Positions 34,866 to 44,961 of a stretch of DNA of 46,334 nucleotides are shown here, one piece after another. Source of the DNA: a virus (Duplodnaviria > Caudoviricetes); IMG/VR virus record IMGVR_UViG_3300027772_000043, positions 1 to 46,334 of that record. One strand, given 5' to 3'. The translations under genes were made by a program, and so were the position numbers. The notes below the pieces were generated by a model. It was not told where the DNA came from. It made no database searches and saw nothing but the letters and a program-made list of their open reading frames with translations. Position 1 is the stretch's first letter. Each line of letters opens with the position of its first letter.

Positions 34866-37091
34866 TTAAATCAGAAGGTTAGTTGTTGACGACCCGCTCC
34901 TGAGACCGCCGCGTAGCCGCACCTGCGTGGTAAGTCGCTCAGACAGGCGACGAATGTCTTCGTCCTTCCTGATGCTCTGTGGCTGGAAGTTGTTGTTAAT
35001 GACGACTGAACTAGACTCAGATCCGTAGCCAGCGCTACCCATGCTTGGGGCTGCATCAAATGCTGGGCGCGATGCCGCAACTGCAACTGCAGCGCTCTGG
35101 CGCAAGGCGACACCTGCGCGTCGCATGCCGTCACCGAACGCATTAATCGTTCGCTCTCCCCAAGTATCAATCTCATGAAGTGGCGATTTAACTGTTGGCG
35201 GAGACTTAGCCTCAAGCAGTCCTGACACATCGTTTAGCACGCCTCGCACTGCTCCGACCACTCCCTCGCGACCAGATCTAATCCCGTCTGCGTATGCATC
35301 CATTGTGCGCTTGGCGTACGCCTCGTAGAAGAATGCCCTCTTCTCTGTCTCCAGCCTTGCAACCTCTTGAGCGGCAAACATCTCAGCAGCAACCGCCTCG
35401 CCAACTTGTGTGTATGCGTCCTCGTAAGAGACCTGAGCATCAACGGCAAGGTCGGGGACGCTATTCTTAAGAGCAAATAGGCGCTCTTTTGCCGTTTGCT
35501 CTGCAGACAATGCCGCTGCGCGAACGATTGCATCTTGGCTCTTAAGCGCCTTCCTAAGTTCTTTAGAGTCCAAGAAGTTTTTAAGATCCTTCTTTTCTTT
35601 TGCTGGCGACATTGCTTCCTTAATCGCTTCCTTAAGGAAGTCTCTTGCGCTCTTAACTTCGTCCCGACCTTTCTTAAGGGAATCAGCAACTCCCGACATT
35701 ATTTGCGATGTGCGCTTTAACACTTCTTCCTTTGCGTTTCCAGCAGCATCAGGGAGTGCGCTGAAATACTCGTTTGAAATGTTCTCCATTCCAGGAATTC
35801 CGCGAGCAACAATTGCGCGAGCCTCTTCCTCAGTCGCTTCAACCACTTTTGTTGTTTGAACTCCAATGTCCCTAACCTCGTAGGACATTTCCCTAAGAGA
35901 ATCTGCCATCCCTTTATCAAAGATTCCGACAATGTTTGCAAGGATTTGAATTGCCACGACGAGCGAGTCCTTGATAAACCCTACGACAGCACCGATTGCC
36001 TCAGACACAAGATTAATTGCGCCAGTAACGAAGCCAAAGTTCTCTTCAAGAAGAATTAATGCCCCAGTAACCAAAACGCCAATCGCGATAAACGGCAAGA
36101 ACGGCACAATTGCCGCCCATACTGCCGCAGCAAACCCCCATACAGCCATTGTTGCTGGCACTAGACCGCCCGCGAAGAAAATCAGCGCTACGGCGGCTCC
36201 CATCATGATCGCTGGGAACTGGGTTCCAAGAACTTGAATGATCGGAATAACTACTTCCATAAATCCGATGGTTGCCTGAGTAAGTGTTAGGAAGATTGGG
36301 ATTAACGCTTTTCCAGCCTTCATCATGTTGTCTTGCATCACTGCCGCCGCAACGCGCTGCTGGTTTGCAAGACCGTATTGCGTTCTTGCAAAGTCCCCTA
36401 CGGTTAGGTCAAGTTGCTCAGTCATGACTGCAAAACGAGCCTGAACTTTCTGTTGGGCTGTCAACTCTTTTGCAGTTGCCGCAAATCCTAGTTCTACTCC
36501 CTTAGCGCCAACAATCAACTCGTTCATCTGAACGCCAACGGTACGCATAGGAAGGTACTCTCCTACGAGACCAGAACGCAACTTAGCAAGTGCTTCATCC
36601 ATCGGGATGTTGTTGAACGAAGAAATGTCTGATGCCAACTGAATTGTTGCAAGAGACATCTTTGACGACTCTTCTTCGCTTAATTTCATGGCGCGGAATA
36701 GGTTTGCGTACTCTCCACCGTACTTCAGCACTTGGTTTGTGGAAAGACCCATTGTCCTCGCGGAAGTTTCAGCGGCAGTGTGCAGCAACTGGGCATGCTC
36801 ACCAAGAACTGTATTGATTTTAGTGTAGGACTCAGCGTAGTCCCTCGCGGCGTCAACCGCTGGCTGCATGACAGATGTCGCCATTGAGATTGCCCACTGC
36901 ACAGACTGTAGGTTTTGCAGCATGAAGAACGCCTTTTGCGCCATGCCCATCTGTGCGCCACCAAGAGCGTTCATTGGCGGAACAGCAGCGCCAGTTGACT
37001 TGGCGAGGCTGGTAACTGCGCCCTGTACCCGACCCAACTCCTTGGACGCTAGGTCACGCGCTGTTACATCAATGCCAATCTGTTCACGCAT
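34866..37091 (-). CDS. Tape measure protein
   Basis: Helical Ala-rich; LASDISSFNN..GDFARTQYGLANQQR; hydrophobic central segments; follows TAC. Confidence 0.9.
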   Translation of the reverse strand: MREQIGIDVTARDLASKELGRVQGAVTSLAKSTGAAVPPMNALGGAQMGMAQKAFFMLQNLQSVQWAISMATSVMQPAVDAARDYAESYTKINTVLGEHAQLLHTAAETSARTMGLSTNQVLKYGGEYANLFRAMKLSEEESSKMSLATIQLASDISSFNNIPMDEALAKLRSGLVGEYLPMRTVGVQMNELIVGAKGVELGFAATAKELTAQQKVQARFAVMTEQLDLTVGDFARTQYGLANQQRVAAAVMQDNMMKAGKALIPIFLTLTQATIGFMEVVIPIIQVLGTQFPAIMMGAAVALIFFAGGLVPATMAVWGFAAAVWAAIVPFLPFIAIGVLVTGALILLEENFGFVTGAINLVSEAIGAVVGFIKDSLVVAIQILANIVGIFDKGMADSLREMSYEVRDIGVQTTKVVEATEEEARAIVARGIPGMENISNEYFSALPDAAGNAKEEVLKRTSQIMSGVADSLKKGRDEVKSARDFLKEAIKEAMSPAKEKKDLKNFLDSKELRKALKSQDAIVRAAALSAEQTAKERLFALKNSVPDLAVDAQVSYEDAYTQVGEAVAAEMFAAQEVARLETEKRAFFYEAYAKRTMDAYADGIRSGREGVVGAVRGVLNDVSGLLEAKSPPTVKSPLHEIDTWGERTINAFGDGMRRAGVALRQSAAVAVAASRPAFDAAPSMGSAGYGSESSSVVINNNFQPQSIRKDEDIRRLSERLTTQVRLRGGLRSGSSTTNLLI

Positions 37092-37094
37092 TGA

Positions 37095-37762
37095 CTACCT
37101 ACCAGCCTTTCTCGTCGCTTCGTTTTCGGCTTTTCTTTTTGCCGAAAGGTACGCAAGCGCACGCTCTACGAACCAGTGCGGCGCTTCGCTGAGATCATCA
37201 TACGACCAACCGAACTCTTCGCATAGTAAAACATCTGAGAACCATTGCGGCTGATTTGCAGTCTTCCCGTTGAACAATGCCGCTAAATCGCGGCTTAGGC
37301 TTCCCCCAGCGTTTCACCCTTTTTGCCCTTCTTACCGTCAGCCTCTGGATCTACCTCTGAGAGCAACTTCGGCGATTCCTTGCCGATCTCGCCCATCAAG
37401 AACTGATAAACAGGATTTGGAATCCCGTCTAGAAGTTCCTCTCCGCCCTGCGGAGACCATGGGACAAGGTTGCCGACCTCGTCAAAGATGCGCCAGTCAA
37501 CGATGCCGCCAATAATTCGCGCCCTTAGCGCAGCGGCAGTGTTCCATTCCATTTCCCCAAGTGAGCCGCCCTTGTCAATGCGTGCATTGCTCCCTGCGGC
37601 GATCATGCCCTGAACGACACCGTGCGGCAAGACTCCCCAGAAGGTGACGCTTTCACCCTCAGTAAGCCAATCTTCTGGCTTTACTGCTTCTGGCTTGTCC
37701 GCCGCCGTAATTGTCCTTGTGTCAGCCGAACGGCGGACAGCAAGATTCCTAAACGATCCCAT
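37095..37762 (-). CDS. Tail assembly chaperone: short form 37295..37762 plus long form via -1 programmed frameshift
   Basis: GGGGGAA at 37301..37307 just before the stop; the -1 frame reads ..GGSLSRDLAALFNGK.. into ORF 37095..37277. Confidence 0.8.
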
Positions 37763-37792
37763 AAACGCCCCTTTCCCCTGCTCTGGTTTTTA

Positions 37793-38752
37793 TTAAGACG
37801 CTGTGGTGAAGTTTGTCGCGGTGTAAAGCGTGACAACTGCCAGCGAAGCGTCAGATGAATTGTAAAGAGCCTTGCCCTTTACCGTGATCTCTGGAAGATC
37901 CGAACTCGTGTCAATGTCTGCATCCTCAAAGAACGCAGTGCCGATCTTCAGCCGAAGCGTTGGGGACAAGGCTGGCGTACCAATCGTCGTCCCGTCAGTC
38001 AGGGTGAAGAGAATTGTCAACGAGTCTGTTTCTGCGTTGCGATACTTGTCAAACTCGCCAACGCTGGCAAAGTCGCAAGTGAGGTCAAACTCCACCATGC
38101 GGGAGCCAGTCGTGAATGTCGTTGGGTTAACCGAATTGTTTACCGTGAACTGTGGCTTTCGGTTGCGAGTGATGTTGATTGTACCCTTCTTCAACTTGGC
38201 ATACGAACCAAGGGCGACGCCGTTAAAGGCAACCTGCCCCTTCCACGCAACAAACGGGTTGATTGCGGAGTTGGTGAATGTCGGCTCTGAGCCAAGGGCT
38301 GTGCGTGTAATTCCAAAGCCGTTGACGTTGTAGGTAAGCGTGCCATCTGCCTCAAAGGAGAAGCCCATCTTGTCTACAACTGCGTCCCGAATCTGGTACG
38401 CCTCAGTTGCGCGACGCGGCTGGGTCGTCTCTAGGGTCAAAGCGTTTGGCGCGTCAGTGAACTTGAATACTGAGGTAAATGCGCTGCCAGCAGCGGTGTT
38501 GGTCGGGGTTCCCATTGCGTTGGAAAGCCAGTAGCCAACCGTGTCGTGGTAGACCGCGCTGTCGCCGACAGTCCACTCTTCGTAGGAAACGCCATCGCGC
38601 TTCGCGAAGTGAATGTCCTGACCGCTGCGAACTTCTTCAACTGCAACGTTTGCCTTGACGAGTTTTGACGAAAAGTCTGCTGCAACAGTATTAACTGTTG
38701 CCGCTGCTGTGCCGACCGCAGTCTGGCGACCGACCTTTACTCCAATGCTCAC
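37793..38752 (-). CDS. Major tail tube protein
   Basis: 319 aa, beta-rich, located between tail terminator and TAC. Confidence 0.8.
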   Translation of the reverse strand: MSIGVKVGRQTAVGTAAATVNTVAADFSSKLVKANVAVEEVRSGQDIHFAKRDGVSYEEWTVGDSAVYHDTVGYWLSNAMGTPTNTAAGSAFTSVFKFTDAPNALTLETTQPRRATEAYQIRDAVVDKMGFSFEADGTLTYNVNGFGITRTALGSEPTFTNSAINPFVAWKGQVAFNGVALGSYAKLKKGTINITRNRKPQFTVNNSVNPTTFTTGSRMVEFDLTCDFASVGEFDKYRNAETDSLTILFTLTDGTTIGTPALSPTLRLKIGTAFFEDADIDTSSDLPEITVKGKALYNSSDASLAVVTLYTATNFTTAS

Positions 38753-38940
38753 TTGACACCTTCCTTCGCTGCATCAGCGACAACTGGAGCAGCCTTGAGC
38801 GGCTTCTCCTCTTCATAAAGACCAGTTGCGATCAGCGCATCCGCTTCTCGCTCAGTCACAACAATAACACCAGCGGCTGGGTAGCCGACAACAAAGTCGC
38901 CGCTCCCGACATACCGAATGCTCTTTGATACTTCAGACAT
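38749..38940 (-). CDS. Small virion-associated protein
   Basis: IRYVG..READALIATG motif; neck region position. Confidence 0.6.
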   Translation of the reverse strand: MSEVSKSIRYVGSGDFVVGYPAAGVIVVTEREADALIATGLYEEEKPLKAAPVVADAAKEGVK

Positions 38941-38948
38941 ATTTACTC

Positions 38949-39437
38949 CTACGTTGTTGTCAGGGATTGAACAACCTTTACGACGACCCTGATCTCAGCA
39001 TAATGGCACATTATGTCGCCGATCATGACTGGCGCAGCATCGTTTGGAAGGTCAATGGTAATCGGATCGTGGTCAAGCGCCGTGCCGCTAAGAGATCTGG
39101 TGCTGTCAATTGCGGTTGCTACCGACTCCAGCATGTCCCTGAAGGTTCCATCGCTGGAGGGATGCGCCCAAGACATGTGGCAGCGGATGATGTAGTTAAT
39201 CATTCGGATGGTTTTTACTGCCCCGATCCCGATGGCTTCGTACCTGCGATCTTCGCCTTCGTACTGGATCGTCCACGCTCGTACTTGTCGCTGCCCCCCA
39301 ATAACCACCGTGAGCGTCGTGACAAACTGCGCCCAGTCATTCTTTGGAAACGGCTGGTAGTCGTAGACAACGCCAGAGTCAGCAACGCTTTCAATTGCTG
39401 TCTTTAGAGCCGCCGCCTGATCCCCGATAACGCTCAT
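38949..39437 (-). CDS. Tail terminator/completion protein
   Basis: Size and position in the neck module. Confidence 0.65.
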   Translation of the reverse strand: MSVIGDQAAALKTAIESVADSGVVYDYQPFPKNDWAQFVTTLTVVIGGQRQVRAWTIQYEGEDRRYEAIGIGAVKTIRMINYIIRCHMSWAHPSSDGTFRDMLESVATAIDSTRSLSGTALDHDPITIDLPNDAAPVMIGDIMCHYAEIRVVVKVVQSLTTT

Positions 39438-39439
39438 GG

Positions 39440-40009
39440 CTACCCCTTCCTTGTGACTGTAGACACTTGGTTCATCTCTGGGTTCCTCAGCACTCGCGCT
39501 GCGGCAAACTTCATGTGGGTCTCCGCCATTGCTTGGTGCTGCAGTACGGTTTTCTTATTGTACATTTGCGCCTTCGTGCCGTTTTGGGCAATCTTCCTAC
39601 CGATAAGGAAGGCGACGCTGTTGATCTCCCTGACGCCCTTCACCCTTAAGACCCTGCGAACCCACGTCCTCATTGCCTCAACTGGCGGGAACTTACCTGC
39701 TCCGCGCCCGTACTCAACAAATTGCGCGTAGAGCGAAGCGCCGCCAGTCGCCCCGATTGTTGAAGTCACTTCCCAAGTCGTGCGACCGTGAGTGTTGACA
39801 AAATTGAACTTAGGCGGCGTAAACAGCGTGGAGTTTCGCAGCATGGCGGTTGATCCGACAGGGGTGTTGCGGACAAGTTTTGGGTACAGGTAGACCACTC
39901 CAGCCTTTGCCGCCTCGTACTGAGCCGCCTGAATCAGTTGTGGCGTGTACTTCTTGCGAAAGCCAGTGATGTCGCGAAAAACAATCTGAATTCGTCCGCG
40001 AAAACTCAT
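39440..40009 (-). CDS. HK97 gp10-like neck protein
   Basis: TPVGSTAMLRNS, YAQFVEYG, IAQNGTKAQ. Confidence 0.8.
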   Translation of the reverse strand: MSFRGRIQIVFRDITGFRKKYTPQLIQAAQYEAAKAGVVYLYPKLVRNTPVGSTAMLRNSTLFTPPKFNFVNTHGRTTWEVTSTIGATGGASLYAQFVEYGRGAGKFPPVEAMRTWVRRVLRVKGVREINSVAFLIGRKIAQNGTKAQMYNKKTVLQHQAMAETHMKFAAARVLRNPEMNQVSTVTRKG

Positions 40010-40734
40010 CGGGTCATTTTTCGGTGGAAAAGGTAGTCGCGGCTTGGATCTGGCTGGGAATCCCAGTTGATCCAGTTTGATGCGTGCGGCTTCTCTCCCT
40101 CAGCAACGCCAACGCCATCGCGGTATCTCCGCATGTACATGTCAGCGATGTCTGCCCACTCCTTGCTCTTGCTCCCGTAGTCTGATGTGTCTGCGCCAAG
40201 GATCGGCTCGTGCGCTCGTGCGTACTTGTTGCCAATATCTGCCGCGCAAACAGAAACAACCAGATCTACAACTGCGAAATGATCGTGGTCAAGAACTGTT
40301 GTGCTTGCCGCTGTCGTTGAGTAAGTCCTGTGCGTTGTGTAGTACAGGCGAAGCGCGTCGCCAGACGTTGGCGCGATGCGCGTCCAGCGAATCCTCAGCG
40401 CTGCGCTGTTGGTAGTCCCCTGAACTACTAGGTAGTCGCGCTCGTCAACCCACTGTGGCGGGACGTGGTCTATTGGCGACTCAAGATGCACGATGCGGCT
40501 AAACCCATCGGTAAAGTCCGAAGGTAGACTCAGATAAATCGTGCCGTCAGCCGTGAGCGCGCCGATTTTCTCCAGTGGGCGGTCGTTGGAATATCGGTAC
40601 GTTGCCTTGGAGATGTTTTCTGTAATCTCTGCGTCCGAAAGTAGGCGCGCATCTGCCGTACCAGTCGTATCGCGAAGCACTGCCTTAGCAGAAGCCAAAA
40701 CATTCGCCGATGAATACGATCCCATGTGCGGCAT
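40006..40734 (-). CDS. Head-tail adaptor/completion protein
   Basis: First gene after the capsid; LRDT....LLSDAEI motif. Confidence 0.7.
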   Translation of the reverse strand: MPHMGSYSSANVLASAKAVLRDTTGTADARLLSDAEITENISKATYRYSNDRPLEKIGALTADGTIYLSLPSDFTDGFSRIVHLESPIDHVPPQWVDERDYLVVQGTTNSAALRIRWTRIAPTSGDALRLYYTTHRTYSTTAASTTVLDHDHFAVVDLVVSVCAADIGNKYARAHEPILGADTSDYGSKSKEWADIADMYMRRYRDGVGVAEGEKPHASNWINWDSQPDPSRDYLFHRKMTR

Positions 40735-40749
40735 ATTTTCTCCTTTGGA

Positions 40750-40831
40750 CTTCAGGCGGCGACAGCGCTAGGGGTATCGTTGCCGCCGCCCGAAGATGAA
40801 TGAGGGAGTCGGGTCTCGCCCGACTCCCTCA
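40750..40831 (-). terminator. Tandem hairpins after the capsid gene (terminator/attenuator)
   Basis: 13-bp perfect stem at 40801..40831 and ~18-bp stem with G-U pairs at 40750..40795; weak U-tract. Confidence 0.65.
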
Positions 40832-40856
40832 GATTTTACCCCTATGTCGTCCCTAG

Positions 40857-43013
40857 TTAGGCGACGACGTTGCCCTGAAGACCACGATAATCAAGGACTG
40901 CACCACCATAAATGTGGCGAACCTTGTAAGTGATCTTGTCGTTGCTGAACATTGAGCCATTCGTTGGCTCGTCCTGCACGAACAGTTCAGGCTCTTCGCG
41001 TCCGTTGAGGAAGCCGATCTCAATTGTCGGAACATCCATTGGCGAAGCGGAGAGGAACCAGTTGTTTGTGTCTGTCCAGTAAGGAACGCTGACTACCTCA
41101 AGCCCGTAGGTTCGTGCGTAGTTGGCGTCCGATGGAGCAGCAACGCCCGCACCCGAAGGTAGGACGATGCTGTTCAGGACTGTGAACACATCATGCTCAA
41201 GGTCAACTGGGACAACGAGATAGCGTGGCGTAATGCCAAGGCGCTTGCTGTTGCTCATGTCGGCTTGCTTGAGCATCTGGAGGCGCGCATTCTTTAGAGC
41301 CGTGGCGCTGAACGCCGTGGTTCCAAGGTTTGCGTGCGACGCATGGAACAGCGCAACAGCATCATAAATTGCTGCGTTGTCCTTGTAGAAGTCAAAGACA
41401 AACTCGTGAAGGCTCTGCGCGGCTGCCCGCCCAAGTCGGCGTGGAATGTCTCGGATTGCGCCAAGGTCATCGTTCACGATCATTTCCATCGTGATGACCT
41501 CAGTGCCACCCTTCTTGGTTGGCGCGTAGGTTGCCTCTTCGTCCGTTGGGCTGGTAAGGGCGGCGTAAGCGCTGCCCTCAGTCACCGTGGACAGGTTGTT
41601 ATAGCCACCGAAGCGCACGCGGCGCTGCGTTCGCATGTCGTTAACCGAACCAACGGTTACCAACTTGCGCCAACCATCAAGGTTTGGCTGATTGTAGAAG
41701 TCCAACAGGCGGCGGGTGATGGAGTCACCAAGGATCTCAGCAAACGACGAGGACGAAAGTGCCTCTGTCAGTCGTGAGCCTTCCTGAATCTTGCCCGTGA
41801 AGGAGCGGTCGCCCGAAAGGTCAACGTAAAGACCCTTAATGGACTGGTTGCTCTTGCCCGCGAGGATGTCGTACACCCCTTCGGTCACGCGATCCTGCTC
41901 AGACTTGACGTCTGTCGCAACAGCGCCAGCGTCAACTACGGCAGGGGTTGTTAGGTCAGCGATATAATCGGCTTCCGCCTTGATCGCTGAATCAATCTGC
42001 TGCTCGTCAAGCACCTTGCCTTCAGTCGTCTCCCGAACGCGCTTCTTGGCGCTATCTGGGAGCGTGACACCAGCAAGGCGAGCCTCAACGAGAGCCTTTG
42101 TCAAAATCGCGCCGATCTTTTCGGTCACGACCTCAACGCTAGGGGTCTCAGTCTGGTTCTCCACTGTTTCGTTCTCCTTCTGCGCTTTTAGCGCATCAAC
42201 TGCCTCTGCAAGCAACTGCTCGTAGAGATCTTCTCTCGCCCGCTTGAGTTCTTCAGGCAGGACGACACCTTCAGCGATAAAGCGAACTGCTTCATCCCTG
42301 CTCATAGTAACCCAATCAACTTGTGGCATTGCTTCAGCGCTTGCTACCAAACGCATAGGCATACCACCCGCAGCAGGGTTGACAACGACATCAACACTTT
42401 CAATGGTGTTGATTTTCGTTACATCAATGTATTGCTGGCGCGACTCTCGCACTACTGACGTTTCACCGTCACCAACAATAGAAAAGCCCACAAGGTCTGG
42501 CTTCCCGCGCTTGATAGCGTCTGCCATCATTGATCGGAGCCATGGGGCTGCTTCTGAAATATGGAAATTGGCGGCAACGCCAGAGACCTTTGCATTCTTC
42601 TTTGTTGGATGCGGGGCATCCTGAACCCAGCGAGCGCCTGTGTACCAGCCGACAAGCGACTTGACTCCGCGCTCTTCTGGATTGTGGTCAGTTCCCTTGC
42701 CAGCAAAGGCACGCGCACCCTCAAAGAGTGGAACCGACTCTCGCAGTACTGCTTCTGAATACCGCCGTCGGTTTTTGCTCATCCCAGCCTGAATCAGCAG
42801 AACATCAATGATGCTTCCTGTCGGCTCAACGGATTCCATGATGAGACCCTCTGCCTCGTCTCCGCTAGGAATCTCAAGTTCAGCCTCAACTTCAGCGGCT
42901 GGAGCGATTTCTGTGACCTCTGGTGCGGCTTCTACCGCTTCGGGAGTAACTTCTGCGATCTCTGGCTGTGGCTCGCCTTCAACGGCAACCACCAACTCTT
43001 CAATTTCTGGCAT
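40857..43013 (-). CDS. Prohead protease-scaffold-major capsid fusion (Mu gpT-like capsid)
   Basis: Protease motifs SKNRRRY, DH, GFSI, SVDVVVNPAAGG; coiled-coil scaffold; capsid motifs ITMEMIVNDDLGA, PRYLVVP, GFLNGREEP, DYRG. Confidence 0.9.
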   Translation of the reverse strand: MPEIEELVVAVEGEPQPEIAEVTPEAVEAAPEVTEIAPAAEVEAELEIPSGDEAEGLIMESVEPTGSIIDVLLIQAGMSKNRRRYSEAVLRESVPLFEGARAFAGKGTDHNPEERGVKSLVGWYTGARWVQDAPHPTKKNAKVSGVAANFHISEAAPWLRSMMADAIKRGKPDLVGFSIVGDGETSVVRESRQQYIDVTKINTIESVDVVVNPAAGGMPMRLVASAEAMPQVDWVTMSRDEAVRFIAEGVVLPEELKRAREDLYEQLLAEAVDALKAQKENETVENQTETPSVEVVTEKIGAILTKALVEARLAGVTLPDSAKKRVRETTEGKVLDEQQIDSAIKAEADYIADLTTPAVVDAGAVATDVKSEQDRVTEGVYDILAGKSNQSIKGLYVDLSGDRSFTGKIQEGSRLTEALSSSSFAEILGDSITRRLLDFYNQPNLDGWRKLVTVGSVNDMRTQRRVRFGGYNNLSTVTEGSAYAALTSPTDEEATYAPTKKGGTEVITMEMIVNDDLGAIRDIPRRLGRAAAQSLHEFVFDFYKDNAAIYDAVALFHASHANLGTTAFSATALKNARLQMLKQADMSNSKRLGITPRYLVVPVDLEHDVFTVLNSIVLPSGAGVAAPSDANYARTYGLEVVSVPYWTDTNNWFLSASPMDVPTIEIGFLNGREEPELFVQDEPTNGSMFSNDKITYKVRHIYGGAVLDYRGLQGNVVA

Positions 43014-43017
43014 TCAT

Positions 43018-44961
43018 TCAGTCCTTTTCTTCAGTCTCGGACTCTTTGATAGCAGCCCTGATGTTTAGTTTACATCCACCCTGCGGTCTAATCAGTCCCT
43101 CAACGATCTCACAACCGTTTGGGCTGACCCAGAACGCGCACGTTGAACACATCCGACCTTCGTAGGCAAAGGGCGAGACGGTGACGTAATTTGCCCCGTC
43201 GCTGCCCTGCTGCGTCCACTTCCCGTGGCGCTTGGCAATGGTCTCGTAAGCGTCGTACAGAGCATTTGCATGGGCTGGCAGCACCATGTTGGCTTCGGCG
43301 AGATTGATCCCGCTGTCACCCATTGGCATATCAATGTGAACCTGATCCGCAACGCCTACTGAGTAGACGCTCTGGAGTTCGGCGCTGCGCTCCGATGGCT
43401 CTGAGGGGATGTCAATGGTCTCGTCTTCTGGCGCTGCGGCGACCTCAACGACAATGTAGTCCCAATAGTCAGATGCCTGTGGGTTCCGCTTGAGAACGTC
43501 TGATTTCTCTTTTTCGCATCCGCAAAGCACCTCAACCCACATGGCGATCAGGTCTTCGTATTCAACTGGCGCAGGAGGGATTCCTGTTGACTCTGGGTCT
43601 ACGGCTTCGTTAAATGACACAATCTTTTCTGCGTTGGTGAGTTCTCTGGGCTTTCCTTCGCTGTCAACCCTTCCGCGAATCTCTATGCGGCTGCGGACTC
43701 CGCGACCTGCTGCGGTTTCCACAAACCCATCCCTCGCGTTGTAAGTTGCAGCCACGACATAGGTGAACTTTGGCTGCGGTGGCTGCCCGTCCGACGATGT
43801 AAACGTCCTCTGCGTTCCTGTTTTAATGTCAATGTCTGGAACGCGCTCAATGATGACTGCCCTATCCCATGAGCGCGTGCTACCGCTGACGCCCTGAATA
43901 ATCGCGGCGTTAGCCTTTATGTGACCATCCGTAACCACCGCATCTGGCACATTGCGTTTAATTTTTGCCGATCCCGTGCTGTCAGTTGTTTTGACCTCAA
44001 TGGCTTTTTTGTTTCTTAGCGCTACTGTGCCGCGAATACCGTCAGTCGGGCTTGTGCCAATTCTTGTGGTGATAAACACGCCAACAACTTCATGGGTGCT
44101 TGATGCGGCGCGATAGATTCCCTCGCGTTTAGCCTGAGTTCCGTCCCCAGTTCCGTCAAAAATGATGTCTCCACCCCTGTGGATGCTTACCTCTAGCGAG
44201 CGCTGGGCGACAACCGCAGACTCCTCGTGGACTCGCGCTGCCGCTGTTACCCGCGCTTTGCTGCCAGTAGTGGTAGGAACCATCCTATCGGCGCGAGCCT
44301 CTTTGTCTGCGCCCCAAATACCGTGCTTGGCATGGTCTGAGTTAATAATTGACGCTGTTCCAGTTGGTCTCAGTGTTGTCGTCCCGTCGTCATTCGGCTT
44401 TAACGCTGGCGATGGAATGCGAACGCCAGCGTCCTCAATTGCGCGGCGCATTGCAATTCCCTCTGGGTCACTGCGATCTTCAAGTTTCTTAAGCACCGTT
44501 GTCTTGCCAGACCCTCCTCCGCCGCCCATGATGACAAGCGTTGGCTTCCCGTCGTCGCGAGCAACCCCGCGCTCGCTGACAAGCGATGGACTCATCACCT
44601 GCCTTGAGACAAGTTGTGTGTGCAGCAACTCCCTTTCCCCCGTTAGTTTGCCTTCAGCAGTGGTGTGCATTGAAAGCGTGCCTTTCGGCTCAGTCGCTTT
44701 GATCGTGCTGATTGCGCTTGTCGTCTTCGCGGGCAAGACGCCTAAATTGAGTGTCTGAATCTGCCCAACGGTACTTGGGTCAGTAGAAACAATGCCAATT
44801 TTTGGGGTCTGAAACAGTGTTGGGTCGCTGTACTCTGCTGCGCCGCCTCCGCCACCCCCACTGCTTCCCGTGCTGCCGAAGCGTCCCTTTTTGTCTCGTG
44901 GCTGTCCAGATGCGTACTCCAGCAGCGCGTGTTCAGCGAGGGCTGCCTGAACTTCTTTCAC
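43018..44961 (-). CDS. Zeta-toxin-like P-loop kinase with N-terminal RDxxGRF motif and C-terminal HiPIP-like Cys motif
   Basis: GGGGSGKTT, IINSDHAK, VHEESA, IIFDGT, RNVP...H; CSTCAFW..CEIVEGLIRPQGGC; GTG start overlaps the upstream TGA. Confidence 0.8.
   Translation of the reverse strand: MKEVQAALAEHALLEYASGQPRDKKGRFGSTGSSGGGGGGAAEYSDPTLFQTPKIGIVSTDPSTVGQIQTLNLGVLPAKTTSAISTIKATEPKGTLSMHTTAEGKLTGERELLHTQLVSRQVMSPSLVSERGVARDDGKPTLVIMGGGGGSGKTTVLKKLEDRSDPEGIAMRRAIEDAGVRIPSPALKPNDDGTTTLRPTGTASIINSDHAKHGIWGADKEARADRMVPTTTGSKARVTAAARVHEESAVVAQRSLEVSIHRGGDIIFDGTGDGTQAKREGIYRAASSTHEVVGVFITTRIGTSPTDGIRGTVALRNKKAIEVKTTDSTGSAKIKRNVPDAVVTDGHIKANAAIIQGVSGSTRSWDRAVIIERVPDIDIKTGTQRTFTSSDGQPPQPKFTYVVAATYNARDGFVETAAGRGVRSRIEIRGRVDSEGKPRELTNAEKIVSFNEAVDPESTGIPPAPVEYEDLIAMWVEVLCGCEKEKSDVLKRNPQASDYWDYIVVEVAAAPEDETIDIPSEPSERSAELQSVYSVGVADQVHIDMPMGDSGINLAEANMVLPAHANALYDAYETIAKRHGKWTQQGSDGANYVTVSPFAYEGRMCSTCAFWVSPNGCEIVEGLIRPQGGCKLNIRAAIKESETEEKD

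Noticed and set aside
40735-40856. tRNA or other ncRNA in the hairpin-rich gaps (also 23043..23149)
   Set aside because: No cloverleaf or T-loop/CCA signature; simple stem-loops fit terminators
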